Assembly (NCBI GenBank): GCA_965223855.1
Contig: CBDCXM010000009.1
Location: forward strand, 1,088,001-1,152,000
Direction of reading: 5' to 3'
Source of the DNA: Candidatus Multivoradales bacterium
GTDB taxonomy: Bacteria > Acidobacteriota > Thermoanaerobaculia > Multivoradales > JAHEKO01
Length of the DNA: 64,000 nucleotides
The notes under the pieces are model-generated. The model did no database searches. It saw only the letters and a list, made by a program, of their open reading frames with translations, and had not been told where the DNA came from. Numbering within the stretch: position 1 is the first letter of the stretch; the number at the start of each line of letters is the position of its first letter. Below, in pieces: positions 20,965-35,028 of this stretch. The position numbers and the translations under genes were made by a program.

Positions 20965-23211
20965 ATGCGTGCGAACAGAGCCGTCCTCGTTCTCGCCGCC
21001 CTTCTTTCGACTCCCGCTCTTCGAGCCTCGACTCCCGACTCGGAAGAGCTGGCGGCGCTGAGGGTGGTACGGGTCGCCTCCGAGATCGTCGTCGACGGCT
21101 CGCTCGACGATCCGGGCTGGCAGGAGGTCGCGCCGATCGAGACCTGGTTCGAGACGCGTCCCGGCGACAACATCGAACCGAAGGTAGCCAACGTCGGCTA
21201 CCTCGCCTACGACGATCGCTACCTCTACGCCGCCTTCAGGTTTACCGACCCGGAGCCGCAGAGAATCCGCGCGCCTCTGGCCGATCGCGACAACGTGCCG
21301 AGCTCGACCGACTACGGCGGCCTGATTCTCGATGCGACGAACGACGCCCGCACGGCACAGATGTTCCTGGCCAATCCGAAGGGAATTCAGTACGACGCGA
21401 TCACCAGCGACGCGGCCGGTGAGGATTCGGCGCCCGACTTCTTCTGGGACAGTGCCAGCCGGGTGACCGAAGACGGCTGGATCCTCGAGATGCGGATCCC
21501 GTTCGCCTCGATCCGCTACAACGACAGCAACCCGGAGCAGTGGGGGCTGATGATGTACCGCAACTGGCCGCGCGAGTACCGCTACCAGATGTTCACCTCG
21601 CGCCTGCCGCGCGACTCCGGCTGCTTCATCTGCAACGTCCGCCCGCTCGAGGGGTTGGCCGAGCTGCCGTCGGGCCGTCACTACGTGATCGCCCCCTACG
21701 GCAACGCCAGCCAGTTCGCGATGCCCGAAGGCGATCTCGGTACGCCGCTAGAGACCGGGGATGCCAGCGGCGAGTTCGGCCTGGACGTCAAGTGGCTGCC
21801 CAACCCGAACACGGTCTTCGACCTGACGCTCAATCCCGATTTCTCGCAGATCGAGTCGGACCAGGCGCAGATCGCCGCCAACGAGCGTTTCGCTCTCTTC
21901 TTCCCCGAGCGCCGACAGTTCTTCCTCGAGGGGGTCGATCTGTTCTCGACCCCGATCAACGCGGTCTTTACCCGGACCTTCACGGCGCCGCGCTGGGGAA
22001 CCAGGGCGACCGGTGAGTTCGCCGGCAACACCTACACCTTCCTGGTGGGGGAGGATCGGGGCGGCGGCAGCGTCATCCTCCCCGATTCCAACTCCTCGAG
22101 CTTCGCCGACCAGGACTTCGAGTCGTTCGTCGGCATCGGCAGGCTGCGGCGGGACTTCGGCCGCTCCTTCGGCAGCTTCCTGATGAGCGCGCGCGAGGTC
22201 GATGGCGGCGGCTACAACCGGGTCTACGGCCCCGACTTCCGCTGGCAGGCGACCGACCACGACGTCATCACCGGTCAGTTCCTGATGAGCGACACGGTCA
22301 CACCCGACCGCCCCGACCTCGCGGACGAATGGGACGGCCGCAGCCTCTCCGGCACCGCCGCGGAGCTGTGGTGGTACCGGCAGCTCGAGAAATGGGACGT
22401 CTTCGCGCTCGGCAGCCGGGTAGGGAGCGAGTTCCGGGCCGACAACGGCTTCGTGCCGCAGGTCGGCTACACCCAGGCGCTGGGCGAGATAGGCCGCACC
22501 TGGCGGCCGGAGGACAAGGCGATTTCACGCCTCCGGTTGTTCTTCTTCAACGAGCGGCAGGAGGATGAAGACGGTCGCCTGCTGCTGAGGGAGACGACTC
22601 CCGGTTTTGCTTTCGACGCCCGCAAGGACTCGTTCGTCCGCTTCGAGTTCCGCTTCGACGAGGTGCTCGGCGTCAACCGGACCTTCGACCGCAACTGGGT
22701 CCACTACTTCCTCTTCTTCACCCCGAGCAAGAAGTTCAACCGGGTGGGCCTCACCGGCAACTTCGGCGATCAGGTCGACTTCGCCAACGACCGTCTGGGT
22801 GACGGCGGAACCGTCAACCTGCAGGCGACCATCCGTCCGACCGACCACCTCGAGTTGCGTCTCGACGCCGGCCGGCGGTGGCTCGACGTCACCAACGAGG
22901 AGGGGCTGTCAGGGCGCCTCTTCACGGCCGACATCGCCCGCCTCAAGGCGACCTACACCTTCAACGCCCGCTCGTGGCTGCGCCTGATCGCCCAGGACGT
23001 GGCGACGAACCGTGATCCGCGTCTCTATCTCGACGAGGTCGACGACGACAGCGGATCGTTCTCCGGCTCAGCCGTCTTCGCCTACAAGCTGAACTGGCAG
23101 ACGGTGCTCTTCGTCGGCTACGCCGACAACCGGGCGCAGGACGAGTTCGATCGCCTGCAGCCGGCCGACCGGGCCCTCTTCACCAAGGTCTCGTACGCGT
23201 TTCAGCGCTGA
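20965..23211 (+). CDS. CBM9-like/DUF5916 outer-membrane protein
   Basis: Signal peptide, DGSLDDPGW, W..EMRIPF.SIRY, TLNPDFSQIESD, FFPERRQFFLEG, barrel-type C-terminus KVSYAF. Confidence 0.87.
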   Translation: MRANRAVLVLAALLSTPALRASTPDSEELAALRVVRVASEIVVDGSLDDPGWQEVAPIETWFETRPGDNIEPKVANVGYLAYDDRYLYAAFRFTDPEPQRIRAPLADRDNVPSSTDYGGLILDATNDARTAQMFLANPKGIQYDAITSDAAGEDSAPDFFWDSASRVTEDGWILEMRIPFASIRYNDSNPEQWGLMMYRNWPREYRYQMFTSRLPRDSGCFICNVRPLEGLAELPSGRHYVIAPYGNASQFAMPEGDLGTPLETGDASGEFGLDVKWLPNPNTVFDLTLNPDFSQIESDQAQIAANERFALFFPERRQFFLEGVDLFSTPINAVFTRTFTAPRWGTRATGEFAGNTYTFLVGEDRGGGSVILPDSNSSSFADQDFESFVGIGRLRRDFGRSFGSFLMSAREVDGGGYNRVYGPDFRWQATDHDVITGQFLMSDTVTPDRPDLADEWDGRSLSGTAAELWWYRQLEKWDVFALGSRVGSEFRADNGFVPQVGYTQALGEIGRTWRPEDKAISRLRLFFFNERQEDEDGRLLLRETTPGFAFDARKDSFVRFEFRFDEVLGVNRTFDRNWVHYFLFFTPSKKFNRVGLTGNFGDQVDFANDRLGDGGTVNLQATIRPTDHLELRLDAGRRWLDVTNEEGLSGRLFTADIARLKATYTFNARSWLRLIAQDVATNRDPRLYLDEVDDDSGSFSGSAVFAYKLNWQTVLFVGYADNRAQDEFDRLQPADRALFTKVSYAFQR

Positions 23212-23241
23212 GTCCGGGAACCGGGCCCTTGTGGGCGCGAT

Positions 23242-24300
23242 TCAGCTCCGCGGCACCCGGCCGCGTCGCCAGCTGCGATAGACGAGCACCGCCAGGGTCA
23301 CCCCGGTCAGGGGGAGGACGAACGACGCCATCACCCAGCCGAGGCCGGTGGCGGTGTGGTGCTCCGTGGCCCTGAGCACCAGATAGGCGGTGTAGGCCAC
23401 GTAGTAGCCGAGGAAGAGCGCGCCCTTCCAGCGATGCAGCCGGTAGCCGTGGAAGAACAGCGGCAGGCAGGCGAAGGCGACCGCCAGCATGATGGGGAAG
23501 TCGAAGGTGAGAGTCGAGGTCGCGACCGGGATGCCGTGGGGTGAGAAGGCGGCGGTGATGCCGATGACCAGCAGGATGTTGAAGACGTTACTGCCGACCG
23601 CGTTGCCGACTGCGATGTCCTTCTCGCCCCGCAGGCCGGCGAGCGACGAGGTGGCGATCTCCGGCATCGAGGTGCCGACCGCCACCACCGTCAGGCCGAT
23701 CACGAGTTCCGACAGCCCGAACGACTGGGCAAGCTGCACGGCGCCGGAGACCAGCCACCCGGAGCCGATCACGATGCCGACGAAGCCGACGACGATCCAA
23801 CCGATCGAGCCGAGCAGCTTCGGACGAGTCTTCCGGTCGCCGTCGGTGCCCTCGGCATCACGACGCGCGGCCCCCACCAGCCAGACGTTGTAGGCGACGG
23901 CCAGCAGCAGCAGGAGGATGCCGTCCGCGCGTCCGAGCAATCGATCGGACGCCAGCCCCCACAGCAGCAGTGAGAAGCCGAGCATCACCGGTACGTCGAC
24001 CCTCACGACCCGGGCCGACACCGGCAGCGGGGAGATGAGACTTGCCAGCCCGAGGATCAGCAGGATGTTGGCGATGTTGCTGCCGATCACGTTGCCGAGG
24101 CCGATGTCGGAGTCGCCCGACAGCACCGACTGTACGCCGACCGCAGCCTCGGGTGCGCTGGTGCCGAACGCCACCACCGTGAGGCCGATCACCAGCGCCG
24201 GCACGCCGAAGGCGACGGCGACCCGCGAGGACCCGCGAACGAAGAACTCGGCGCCGACGAGCAGCACCGCCAGCCCGCCGAGAAACAGAAGCCAGGCCAT
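23242..24300 (-). CDS. Calcium/sodium antiporter (YrbG/CaCA family)
   Basis: Two alpha repeats GTSAPE..GNVIGSNIAN and GTSMPE..GNAVGSNVFN. Confidence 0.93.
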   Translation of the reverse strand: MAWLLFLGGLAVLLVGAEFFVRGSSRVAVAFGVPALVIGLTVVAFGTSAPEAAVGVQSVLSGDSDIGLGNVIGSNIANILLILGLASLISPLPVSARVVRVDVPVMLGFSLLLWGLASDRLLGRADGILLLLLAVAYNVWLVGAARRDAEGTDGDRKTRPKLLGSIGWIVVGFVGIVIGSGWLVSGAVQLAQSFGLSELVIGLTVVAVGTSMPEIATSSLAGLRGEKDIAVGNAVGSNVFNILLVIGITAAFSPHGIPVATSTLTFDFPIMLAVAFACLPLFFHGYRLHRWKGALFLGYYVAYTAYLVLRATEHHTATGLGWVMASFVLPLTGVTLAVLVYRSWRRGRVPRS

Positions 24301-24313
24301 CAGTGGCGGGGGC

Positions 24314-27235
<2,922 letters not shown>

Positions 27236-27239
<4 letters not shown>

Positions 27240-29368
27240 GCGCGCTCGTCACTGGGGTGCTCGTGGCGCTCGTCGGTCTCGGCGTGACCGAACTGTGGGC
27301 GGCGCGGCTCGGCGGCCGGCGCTGGCGACCGGGCCGGCGCAGGGCCGTGAGCGTCGCGGTGGCCGCAGTGCTGGCGCTGGCGTGGCTGACTCCGCGCTGG
27401 TCGCTGCGCTACGGCGATGCACTCGTCCCGAGGCTCCTGGCGGCCGTGCTCGTGGTGCTCCTGGGCGTCTACCTGTGGCAGTTGCTGCCGCGGCTGCGGC
27501 CGCTCCTCGGCCGGCAACTCGACTCCCGGCCCTCGCTGCTCTTTGCCTGGCTGCCCTTCGTCGTCTACCTCTCACTGATGCCGTGGGCGACCCAGGAGCG
27601 CCCACCGGACGGCGACGAGCCGTATTACCTGCTCCTCACCCACAGCCTCGCCCACGACTTCGATACCGACCTGGCGAACAACTATGCCGCCGAGGACTCG
27701 ATCGCCATCGTCGGCAGGGCGCTCGAGCCGCAGCAGGGCGATCCGACCGGGCCGGACGGCGAGATCTACTCGCGGCACAACGCCCTGATGCCGGCCCTGC
27801 TGGTACCGGTCTACCTGGTTGCCGGCAGGTTCGGCGTGCTGAGTGTGATGTGTGCCGTCGCCGCCCTCCTTGCCTGGTGGTCGCTGCGTCTCGCCCGACA
27901 CTGGTTCGCCGACCGCCCCGGGGCGGCGCTCGCCGCCTACTTCGTCGTCGCGTTCACGCCGCCGCTCCTCCTCTACTCCCACCAGGTGTGGGTGGAGATC
28001 CCGGCGGCGCTCCTGTTCACGATCGGGCTCGACGCCGCATGGAGCCTCGAGGCCGGCGGACGCCGAGGTCGCCGGCTGACGATCCTGCTGCTGGTGGCGG
28101 GCGTCCTGCCTCTGCTGAAGCTGCGATTTCTGCTGCTCGTCGCGCCGCTCCTGCTGCTGGCCGGACTGCGGCTGCGCGGAGCGGAGACGGACCGGTCGGG
28201 GATCGGTGTCCGCGGCCGCCGGATCGTGGCGGCGGCCCTGCTGGGTCTCGTGCTCCTCGCCGCGGCGATGCTGTGGTTCAACCAGATCACCTACGGCAAC
28301 CCGCTCAAGTATCACGATCTCTCGAAGCTCGACTTCTACTGGAAGGAGCCGGGGCGCTATCCGGTTGGCTTCGCCGGACTGCTGTTCGACGTCGCCTTCG
28401 GCCTCTTCGCCTGTGCTCCGATCTGGCTGCTGCTGTTCGCATCGAGGCCCGGGAGACGACTCGCTCTCGAAGGTCTGCTGCTCGCCTCCCCCTATCTTCT
28501 GGCGCTGGTTCCTCGCGCCGAGTGGTACGGAGCGTGGTCGCCGCCGTTTCGCTACGGCTGTTTCGCGCTGGCGCTTCTGATGCTGCTCCTCGTCCCGATC
28601 TTCGAGCGGCGGCGCGGTGCCGGCGCCCGATGGCTGCTGGGGGCGCTCGGCGGCTCGACCGCCGTGCTGACGCTGCTGTGGACTGTGCGCCCCGGGTGGA
28701 CCTACAACTTCGCGCACGGCCGCAGTCACCTGGTCGACCTGCTGTCGAGCACGATGCAGATCGACGTCGCCCGCTTCTTTCCGACGGCGCTGCGCCCCAA
28801 CCTGGCGCTGTGGTGCTGGCCGCCGGTACTGATCCTTCTCGTGGTCCTGCTCTGGCGGACCGGGTCCGGCAGACGCCGCCATGCGACCGCCTGGACACTC
28901 CTCGGTGTGGTGACGCCGCCGCTGCTGCTGGCGGGCGTGCTGGTTGCCGCTCACCGGGTTCCGACCTCGCGGGTGGAGGCGGAGGATCCCTACGTCGCTC
29001 CCCTCGGCGGGACGCTCTACCCGGAACAGTGGGTCACCGCCCGAGCGCGCCATCGTGGGGGTTGGCGGCTCGGCGAGCACGACCGGCTGGTCGCGCCCGT
29101 CGTCGCAGGCGGCTCCCGCTTCGAGGTCGATGTCGAGTTCCACTCCAGTGCGCACAAGTACCCGATCGTGCTGTGGATCGCTCCCGTGGGGAGCCCGGCG
29201 CAACCGATCGAGATCGAGCGCCTCCCCGGGTGGCGCACGGTCCGCAGTTCGCCGGCGCCCTGGCCGGCCGATACGACCCACCTGAGCATCTCCTTCGACT
29301 CGGTGCGCGACAGCGCCCCGACCGCGCGCCTGTTGGTGGACCGCGTCAGGATCCGCTGGCTCGACTGA
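27236..29368 (+). CDS. Polytopic membrane protein, probable GT-C-fold glycosyltransferase
   Basis: PPDGDEPYYLLLTHSL..D.DTDLANNY loop after the early TM helices, YSHQVWVEIP, GLFACAP.W, W.GAWSPPFRY. Confidence 0.7.
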
Positions 29369-30407
29369 CACGTCGCTGTCGCACGAGCTCGAGCGTAGTC
29401 GCGACGACGGCTGCCAGCGGTTCGGCCGAGGCGCGACCGGTCCCGGCCAGGTCGAAGGCTGTGCCGTGATCGACCGAGGTGCGGAGGAACGGCAGGCCGA
29501 GGGTCCAGTTGGTCGCGCTGCCGAACGCCGCCGTCTTGACCGCGATCAGCCCCTGGTCGTGATAGAGCGCCAGCACCCAGTCGAACTCGCCGCGGCGGGC
29601 GCGGGCGAAGATCGAGTCGGGGCTCTCCGGGCCGTGGACGTCGATGCCGCGCTCGCGCGCCGCGTCCAGGGCGGGGACGATCCTCTCCCCCTCCTCCGTT
29701 CCCATCAGGCCGCCTTCTCCAGCATGCGGGTTGATCCCGGGGACGGCAATCGAGCCGTCGACGTGGCGGGCGAGACAGCCGAGTGCCTCGGTGATCGAGT
29801 CCGAGGTGACGGCGTCGAGCGCCTCCGTCAGGGGCAGATGGGTGTTGAGGAGCGCTACCCGCAGGTCGGCGCTGAGAAACGCCATCAGGTAGTCGCGGCC
29901 GTAGCGCTCGAGGCCGGCGGCGTGCGCGAGGTAGTCGGTGTGGCCGCGGAACGAGGGGTCGACGTGACGGGCGATCGACGCCTTGGACAGCGGAGCGGTG
30001 ACGAGGGCGTCCGCGGCTCCCGAGCGGGCGAGCGCGGCGCCGACGTCGAGCGCCGCCATCGCGCCGCCGGCGTCCGCGGCGGTCGAGCGGCCCGGCTCGA
30101 TCGTGCGGCGGCGGCCGACGGGATCGATCGCGAGGACGGCGTTCCCCGACTCGCGCCGAGCGGTCGCGTCCCCGAGCGCATCGGGCTCGATCCAACGCAG
30201 GCGCTCGGCGGCGTCTTCTCGGTCGGCCAGGCGCGGCGCGCAGGCTTCGACGGCGGCGCGCTCGATCACGAGCAACGGGCGCCAGCTCCGGTCGGCCGCG
30301 AGAGCCGTCGCGAGGACGATCTCCGGACCGACCCCGGCGGGATCGCCCTGGGTCAGTGCGAGGAGCGGCGTCGAGCTGGAACGGCTCACGCCGGAGATGG
30401 ACGGCAC
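29346..30407 (-). CDS. pdxA: 4-hydroxythreonine-4-phosphate dehydrogenase PdxA
   Basis: GDPAGVGPEI, TAPLSK, GHTDYL, NPHAGEGG, YHDQGLI, RTSVDHGTAFD; start may be GTG 30389. Confidence 0.94.
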   Translation of the reverse strand: MPSISGVSRSSSTPLLALTQGDPAGVGPEIVLATALAADRSWRPLLVIERAAVEACAPRLADREDAAERLRWIEPDALGDATARRESGNAVLAIDPVGRRRTIEPGRSTAADAGGAMAALDVGAALARSGAADALVTAPLSKASIARHVDPSFRGHTDYLAHAAGLERYGRDYLMAFLSADLRVALLNTHLPLTEALDAVTSDSITEALGCLARHVDGSIAVPGINPHAGEGGLMGTEEGERIVPALDAARERGIDVHGPESPDSIFARARRGEFDWVLALYHDQGLIAVKTAAFGSATNWTLGLPFLRTSVDHGTAFDLAGTGRASAEPLAAVVATTLELVRQRRVSRASGS

Positions 30408-30453
30408 AGGGGAGGACGCCTCGGGCGTGTGCAGGGAGGACGCGGCTCGCGCC

Positions 30454-30774
30454 TCAGGATCCGTCGCGTCGCCGGCGCTCTTCCTTGTACATGTAGCGGA
30501 TGTTGTGCTTCGGGACCAGCAGGTTGGGCTCGCGCTGCCGGTTGATCTTGATCGAAGACTTGTCGTACCACTCGATCCAGCCGCGCAATTCCTCGTCGTT
30601 GGTGAGCACGACGACCATCGGTGTGCGGGCCGTCATCTGCTTGAGGTAGTAGAACTCCTCCGCGTTGGTCTGCTCGGGCGGGGTCTGCTTGCGGCGGACG
30701 ACCCGGGAGCCCTCACGGCCGCGATCGCCGGAGCCGGGGCGGATCAACTTTCGCTGGGTGCCGGAATCAGGCAT
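30454..30774 (-). CDS. Hfq-like Sm-fold RNA-binding protein (divergent paralogue)
   Basis: E..YLKQ....[24 protein letters not shown] (Sm1-like) and [11 protein letters not shown] (Sm2-like); basic N- and C-terminal tails. Confidence 0.78.
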   Translation of the reverse strand: MPDSGTQRKLIRPGSGDRGREGSRVVRRKQTPPEQTNAEEFYYLKQMTARTPMVVVLTNDEELRGWIEWYDKSSIKINRQREPNLLVPKHNIRYMYKEERRRRDGS

Positions 30775-31501
30775 GACTTCGATTCTCCGGTTTCTTCTTC
30801 TTTCTCTTCAGTGGCGGGTACTGTTCGTTCTCGTAGGACAGGCAGCAAAGGAGACGTCCGCACTGGCCGGAGATCTTGGACGGGTTGAGGCTCAACCCCT
30901 GGCGCTTGGCCATCTGGATCGAGATCGGCTTGAAGTCACCGAGCCACGTGGAGCAGCACAGCGTCTGACCGCAAACGCCGACTCCACCCAGTAGTTTCGC
31001 CTCGTCACGGGCTCCCAGTTGCACCATCTTGATGCGAACGGAGAAACGGCTCGAAGCCTCGCGGACCAGCCGTCGGAAATCGACCCGCTCGTCGGCGGTA
31101 AAGAACACCTTCGCCCGCTTGCCGTTGAGGGAGAACTCGACCTTCGAGATCTTGAGGTCGAGATCGAGATTGCGCGCCTTCTCGCGCAGGAAGAGCTTCG
31201 CGGTCGCCTCGCGCTCGAGCTTGCGGTCGTAGGCGGCGGCGTCCTCGGTCGTCGCGCGGCGCGAGATCGATCGGGCGCTCGACTTCTGACACGGCTTGAA
31301 GACCGGCATCGGCGACTGCTCGACCCGCCCGAAGTGAGGGCCGGAGTCGAGATCGACGATCACCCGGTCCCCCCGGGCGTAGATCTCCCCACCGGTCCCG
31401 CAGAGGGTCAGGTTGGTCTCTTCGTCGAAGCGCACGCCGACGAAGCTGTCCTCGACAGCGGTCGACATCCCCTTGAAACTGCATCCGCTACAGCCAGCCA
31501 T
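30767..31501 (-). CDS. ricT: PSP1-domain protein (RicT/YaaT family)
   Basis: [56 protein letters not shown]; start 31501 (MAGCSGC) or 31468. Confidence 0.92.
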   Translation of the reverse strand: MAGCSGCSFKGMSTAVEDSFVGVRFDEETNLTLCGTGGEIYARGDRVIVDLDSGPHFGRVEQSPMPVFKPCQKSSARSISRRATTEDAAAYDRKLEREATAKLFLREKARNLDLDLKISKVEFSLNGKRAKVFFTADERVDFRRLVREASSRFSVRIKMVQLGARDEAKLLGGVGVCGQTLCCSTWLGDFKPISIQMAKRQGLSLNPSKISGQCGRLLCCLSYENEQYPPLKRKKKKPENRSHA

Positions 31502-31616
31502 CGGTCTTGCGGGAACTCCTTGCACGTCGGATACCAGGCTCCGAGCGCGAATTCAGTCCCTTCGCATAAGGAAAGGACCGTTCAGAAACGAAAGGGTCAC
31601 AGAAATCTTGTCGGTC

Positions 31617-31646
31617 ATTATGGCGCTTCGCCGAAGAAGCGGTCAA
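31617..31646 (-). promoter_or_regulatory. Sigma-70 promoter for ricT-hfq-like-pdxA (TTGACC-N18-CATAAT)
   Basis: Near-consensus hexamers in an AT-richer intergenic region. Confidence 0.6.
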
Positions 31647-31688
31647 AGCGGCGTGGGGTTGAATTGGTCACACACCGGCGTGAGAAGT

Positions 31689-32954
31689 TCAGGCTAGAAC
31701 CCGGCGACCGATGTCGCGCCGCAACGTGCGCCCCTCCCAGCTGACCTTGTCGGCGAGAGCGTAGGCGCGCGCGAGGGCGGCCTCGAGATCGGCGCCGCGG
31801 GCGCAGGCGTTGATCACGCGGCCGCCGGCGACGAGGACCCGGCCTTCCGAATCGGCTTTCGTGCCGGCGTGGAAGATCGCCTCGCCCTCGCCCGCCGCGT
31901 CGAGGCCGCCGATGACCGCGCCGGTGGCGGGGGTGCCCGGGTAGCCCTCGCTCGCCAGGACGATGCAGGCGGAAGCGCCGTCGTCGAACTCGAGCCGGGT
32001 CGAGCCGAAGTCGCCTGCTGCTGCGGCAGCGAGCACCGGTAACAGGTCGCCGCGCAGACGCAGCATCAGCGGCTGGCACTCCGGGTCGCCGAAGCGCACG
32101 TTGTACTCGAGCACCTGCGGTCCGTCGGCGGTCATCATGAGGCCGGCGTAGAGCACCCCGATGAACGGATGGCCATCGGCGTGCAGGCCGTCGAGCACCG
32201 GCTGGAGCACGGCCGCCTCCAGCCGCCCGGCCTCGTCCTCGTCGAGGACGCCCGAGGGGGAGTGCGACCCCATGCCGCCGGTGTTCGGGCCGGTGTCGCC
32301 CTCGCCGATCCGCTTGTAGTCCTTGGCGGTGGCACAGCGCTCGACCCGGCGGCCGTCGGAGATCGCGATCAGGGAGACCTCTTCACCGACGAGGCACGCC
32401 TCGACGACGACGGAGTCGGCGGCGTCGCCGAACCGGCGTTCCCGGAAGAGCGTCGCCAGCGCCTCCTCTAGCTCGTCCTCGTCGGTGGGGATCAGGACTC
32501 CCTTGCCGGCTGCCAGCCCGTCCGCCTTGAGGACGACCGGCAGGCCGAACCTCGAGGCGGCCTCTCGCGCCTCGGACTCCGAGGAGACGACCTCGAACGG
32601 CGCGGTGGCGATGCCGTGCCGTTCCATGAAGCGTTTGGCGAAGGCCTTGCTGCCCTCGAGCTGGGCGGCGTGGCGATCGGGGCCGAAGACGGCGAGACCC
32701 TCCTCGCGAAACGCATCCACGATGCCGAGGGTGAGGGGCACCTCGGGACCGACGACGGTGAGGTCGATCGCCTCTTCGCGGGCGAACTCCCTGAGTCCCG
32801 CGATGTCGTCCGCGCGCAGGTCCACATTCCGGGCGATCGTGGCCGTGCCGGGACTTCCCGGCGCACAGTAGAGCCGCTCGAGGAGCGGGCTCTGCGCCAG
32901 CTTCCAGCACAGTGCGTGTTCGCGGCCTCCGCTGCCGACGACGAGAACCTTCAT
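31689..32954 (-). CDS. purD: Phosphoribosylamine--glycine ligase
   Basis: [51 protein letters not shown]. Confidence 0.97.
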   Translation of the reverse strand: MKVLVVGSGGREHALCWKLAQSPLLERLYCAPGSPGTATIARNVDLRADDIAGLREFAREEAIDLTVVGPEVPLTLGIVDAFREEGLAVFGPDRHAAQLEGSKAFAKRFMERHGIATAPFEVVSSESEAREAASRFGLPVVLKADGLAAGKGVLIPTDEDELEEALATLFRERRFGDAADSVVVEACLVGEEVSLIAISDGRRVERCATAKDYKRIGEGDTGPNTGGMGSHSPSGVLDEDEAGRLEAAVLQPVLDGLHADGHPFIGVLYAGLMMTADGPQVLEYNVRFGDPECQPLMLRLRGDLLPVLAAAAAGDFGSTRLEFDDGASACIVLASEGYPGTPATGAVIGGLDAAGEGEAIFHAGTKADSEGRVLVAGGRVINACARGADLEAALARAYALADKVSWEGRTLRRDIGRRVLA

Positions 32955-33958
32955 GGCGACACTCCTCGGGAAGGGATGGAGGCGCTCTCGAGCGCCTGGG
33001 CGGCGGTGACCGTGAGGACGTCGACGACGTCGGCGGTCGAACAGCCGCGGGAGAGATCGTGAATCGGTCGCGCCGCCCCCTGGAGGAGGGGGCCGATGGC
33101 GCGGGCGCCGGCGAGCCTCTCGGTCAGCTTGTAGGCGATGTTGGCGGCGTCGAGATCGGGAAAGACCAGCACGTTGGCTCGCCCGGCGACGGGACTGCCC
33201 GGCGCCTTGCGGGAGGCGACGCTCGGATCGAGCGCCGCGTCCGCCTGCAGTTCGCCGTCGAAGGCGAAGTCGGGCTCGAGGTCGGCGAGCCGCTCCTTTG
33301 CCGCACGGACCTTGTCGACGCGCGGATGGTCGGCGCTGCCGAGAGTCGAGAAGGAGAGCAGGGCGACCCGCGGTTCGACACCGAGGTAGCGCCGGCAGCT
33401 CCTCGCCGCGGCCATCGCGATCCCGGCCAGCTGCTCCGCTGTGGGGTCCGGCACGACACCGCCGTCGCTGTAGACCAGCGATCGGCCGTCCGGCATCACC
33501 ATGACGAAACAGGACGAGAGCAGCGTCGCGCCCGGCTCGAGGCCGATCGTGCGCAGCGTCACCCGCAGGGTCTCGGCGGTCGTTTCCTCGGCGCCCATGA
33601 CGAGGCCTGCGACCTCGTTGCGGCGGGTGAGGAGGCCGGCGTAGTAGGTCGGCAGGCCGGCGAGTTCCTCGGCACGAGCTTCGTCGCCTTCGAGGAGGGT
33701 CGTCAGCGAGGCGACGCACTCTCTTCTCGCCGGATCGGTGGCCGGATCGACGATCTCGAAGGCGGACGCCTCGAGCCCCTCGTCACCGAGGGCCGTGGCG
33801 ACGAGCCTTCGGTCGCCGATGAGGACCGGCCGGCAGATGCCCTCGCTCTGCGCCCGCGCCGCGGCTTCGAGGATTCGCCGGTCGGTGGCCTCCGGCAGCG
33901 CGATGCGGGGCGCCCGGCCGGCAATGCGGCCACGCAGCTGCGCGATCGGATCGGACAC
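32951..33958 (-). CDS. pta: Phosphate acetyltransferase (short PTA_PTB type)
   Basis: [49 protein letters not shown]. Confidence 0.9.
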   Translation of the reverse strand: MSDPIAQLRGRIAGRAPRIALPEATDRRILEAAARAQSEGICRPVLIGDRRLVATALGDEGLEASAFEIVDPATDPARRECVASLTTLLEGDEARAEELAGLPTYYAGLLTRRNEVAGLVMGAEETTAETLRVTLRTIGLEPGATLLSSCFVMVMPDGRSLVYSDGGVVPDPTAEQLAGIAMAAARSCRRYLGVEPRVALLSFSTLGSADHPRVDKVRAAKERLADLEPDFAFDGELQADAALDPSVASRKAPGSPVAGRANVLVFPDLDAANIAYKLTERLAGARAIGPLLQGAARPIHDLSRGCSTADVVDVLTVTAAQALESASIPSRGVSP

Positions 33959-33962
33959 CGCG

Positions 33963-34820
33963 TCAGCAGGGCGCCGCCACGAGCCGGAGGACCTCCTGCT
34001 CCACCTCGTCGATCATGTAGTCGGGGGTGGAGGCTCCGGCCGTGACGCCGACCGTCGCGACACCCTCGAACCAGCCCGGGTCGAGGTCGTCGAGGTCGTG
34101 CACGAGGTGGCAGGGCTTGAACTCGCGCCCAAGCTCCCAGAGGTGGCGGGTGTTGGCGCTGTTGCGACCGCCGATGACCAGAATCAGATCGACCTCTTCG
34201 TCCGCGCACAGCTCGCGAACAGCGTCCTGGTTCTCCTTGGTGGCGTAGCAGATCGTGTCGGCGCGCGAGGTCTCGACCTGCGATTCGATGTACGAGACGA
34301 CGTCGTCGTAGTCCTCGGCGTTGAGGGTGGTCTGGTAGAGCACCTTGACCTGGCGGTAGCGACTCCAGTCGACCGCCTGTGCCTGCTCCTTCGTCAGGAG
34401 CACGTGGTAGGTCGACGGGTCGCGGTCGTGGGTGTAGCCGATCACCTCGCGGTGGTTCGGCTGGCCGATGAAGACGAGATGAGCTCCCTCGGCGACGGCG
34501 GCGTCCGCCTCGTCGTGAATGTCGTAGACGAACGGGCAGGTGGTGTCGAGGATCTTGAGCCCGCGGGAACGAGCGTCGTCGTGAAACGACGGCGGCACGC
34601 CGTGAGCGGAGAAGACGATCGTGCCGCGATCGAGCTCCTCCATCGCCTCCACCGTCGGTACCCCGAGCTCGGTCATCTCCTCGACCACACGCTCGTTGTG
34701 GACCACCTGCCCGAGGATGCCGCCCCCCTTGCCCCCGAGTTCGGCGAACCGTTTGACCTTCTTGTCGGCGAGGCGCACCCCGGCGCAGAAGCCGTAGTTG
34801 ACGGCGCGCTTGAACTTCAT
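33963..34820 (-). CDS. ispH: 4-hydroxy-3-methylbut-2-enyl diphosphate reductase
   Basis: [49 protein letters not shown]. Confidence 0.96.
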   Translation of the reverse strand: MKFKRAVNYGFCAGVRLADKKVKRFAELGGKGGGILGQVVHNERVVEEMTELGVPTVEAMEELDRGTIVFSAHGVPPSFHDDARSRGLKILDTTCPFVYDIHDEADAAVAEGAHLVFIGQPNHREVIGYTHDRDPSTYHVLLTKEQAQAVDWSRYRQVKVLYQTTLNAEDYDDVVSYIESQVETSRADTICYATKENQDAVRELCADEEVDLILVIGGRNSANTRHLWELGREFKPCHLVHDLDDLDPGWFEGVATVGVTAGASTPDYMIDEVEQEVLRLVAAPC

Positions 34821-34951
34821 CGAAGGGATGTTAGCAGCCGGTTTCTGTTCCGAGCCACGGACGGCGACCGTCCTCAACTAGCAACAGAAGCGGCGAGAAT
34901 TACGGCGTTGGAAGGTCGGTCGAGGCTGCTGCCATGGGCCTCCTCGGGAGT

Positions 34952-34967
34952 TGGCACCGCAGTTGCT
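34952..34967 (+). promoter_or_regulatory. Sigma-54 (-24/-12) promoter
   Basis: TGGCAC-CGCAG-TTGCT matches TGGCAC-N5-TTGCW exactly, about 60 bp before the porin-like gene. Confidence 0.8.
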
Positions 34968-35028
34968 CATCTCGATGAGTGTGCAGGCGCCTGAGACGAC
35001 CTCACGGCGCGGAAGGGAGGAACCCGAG

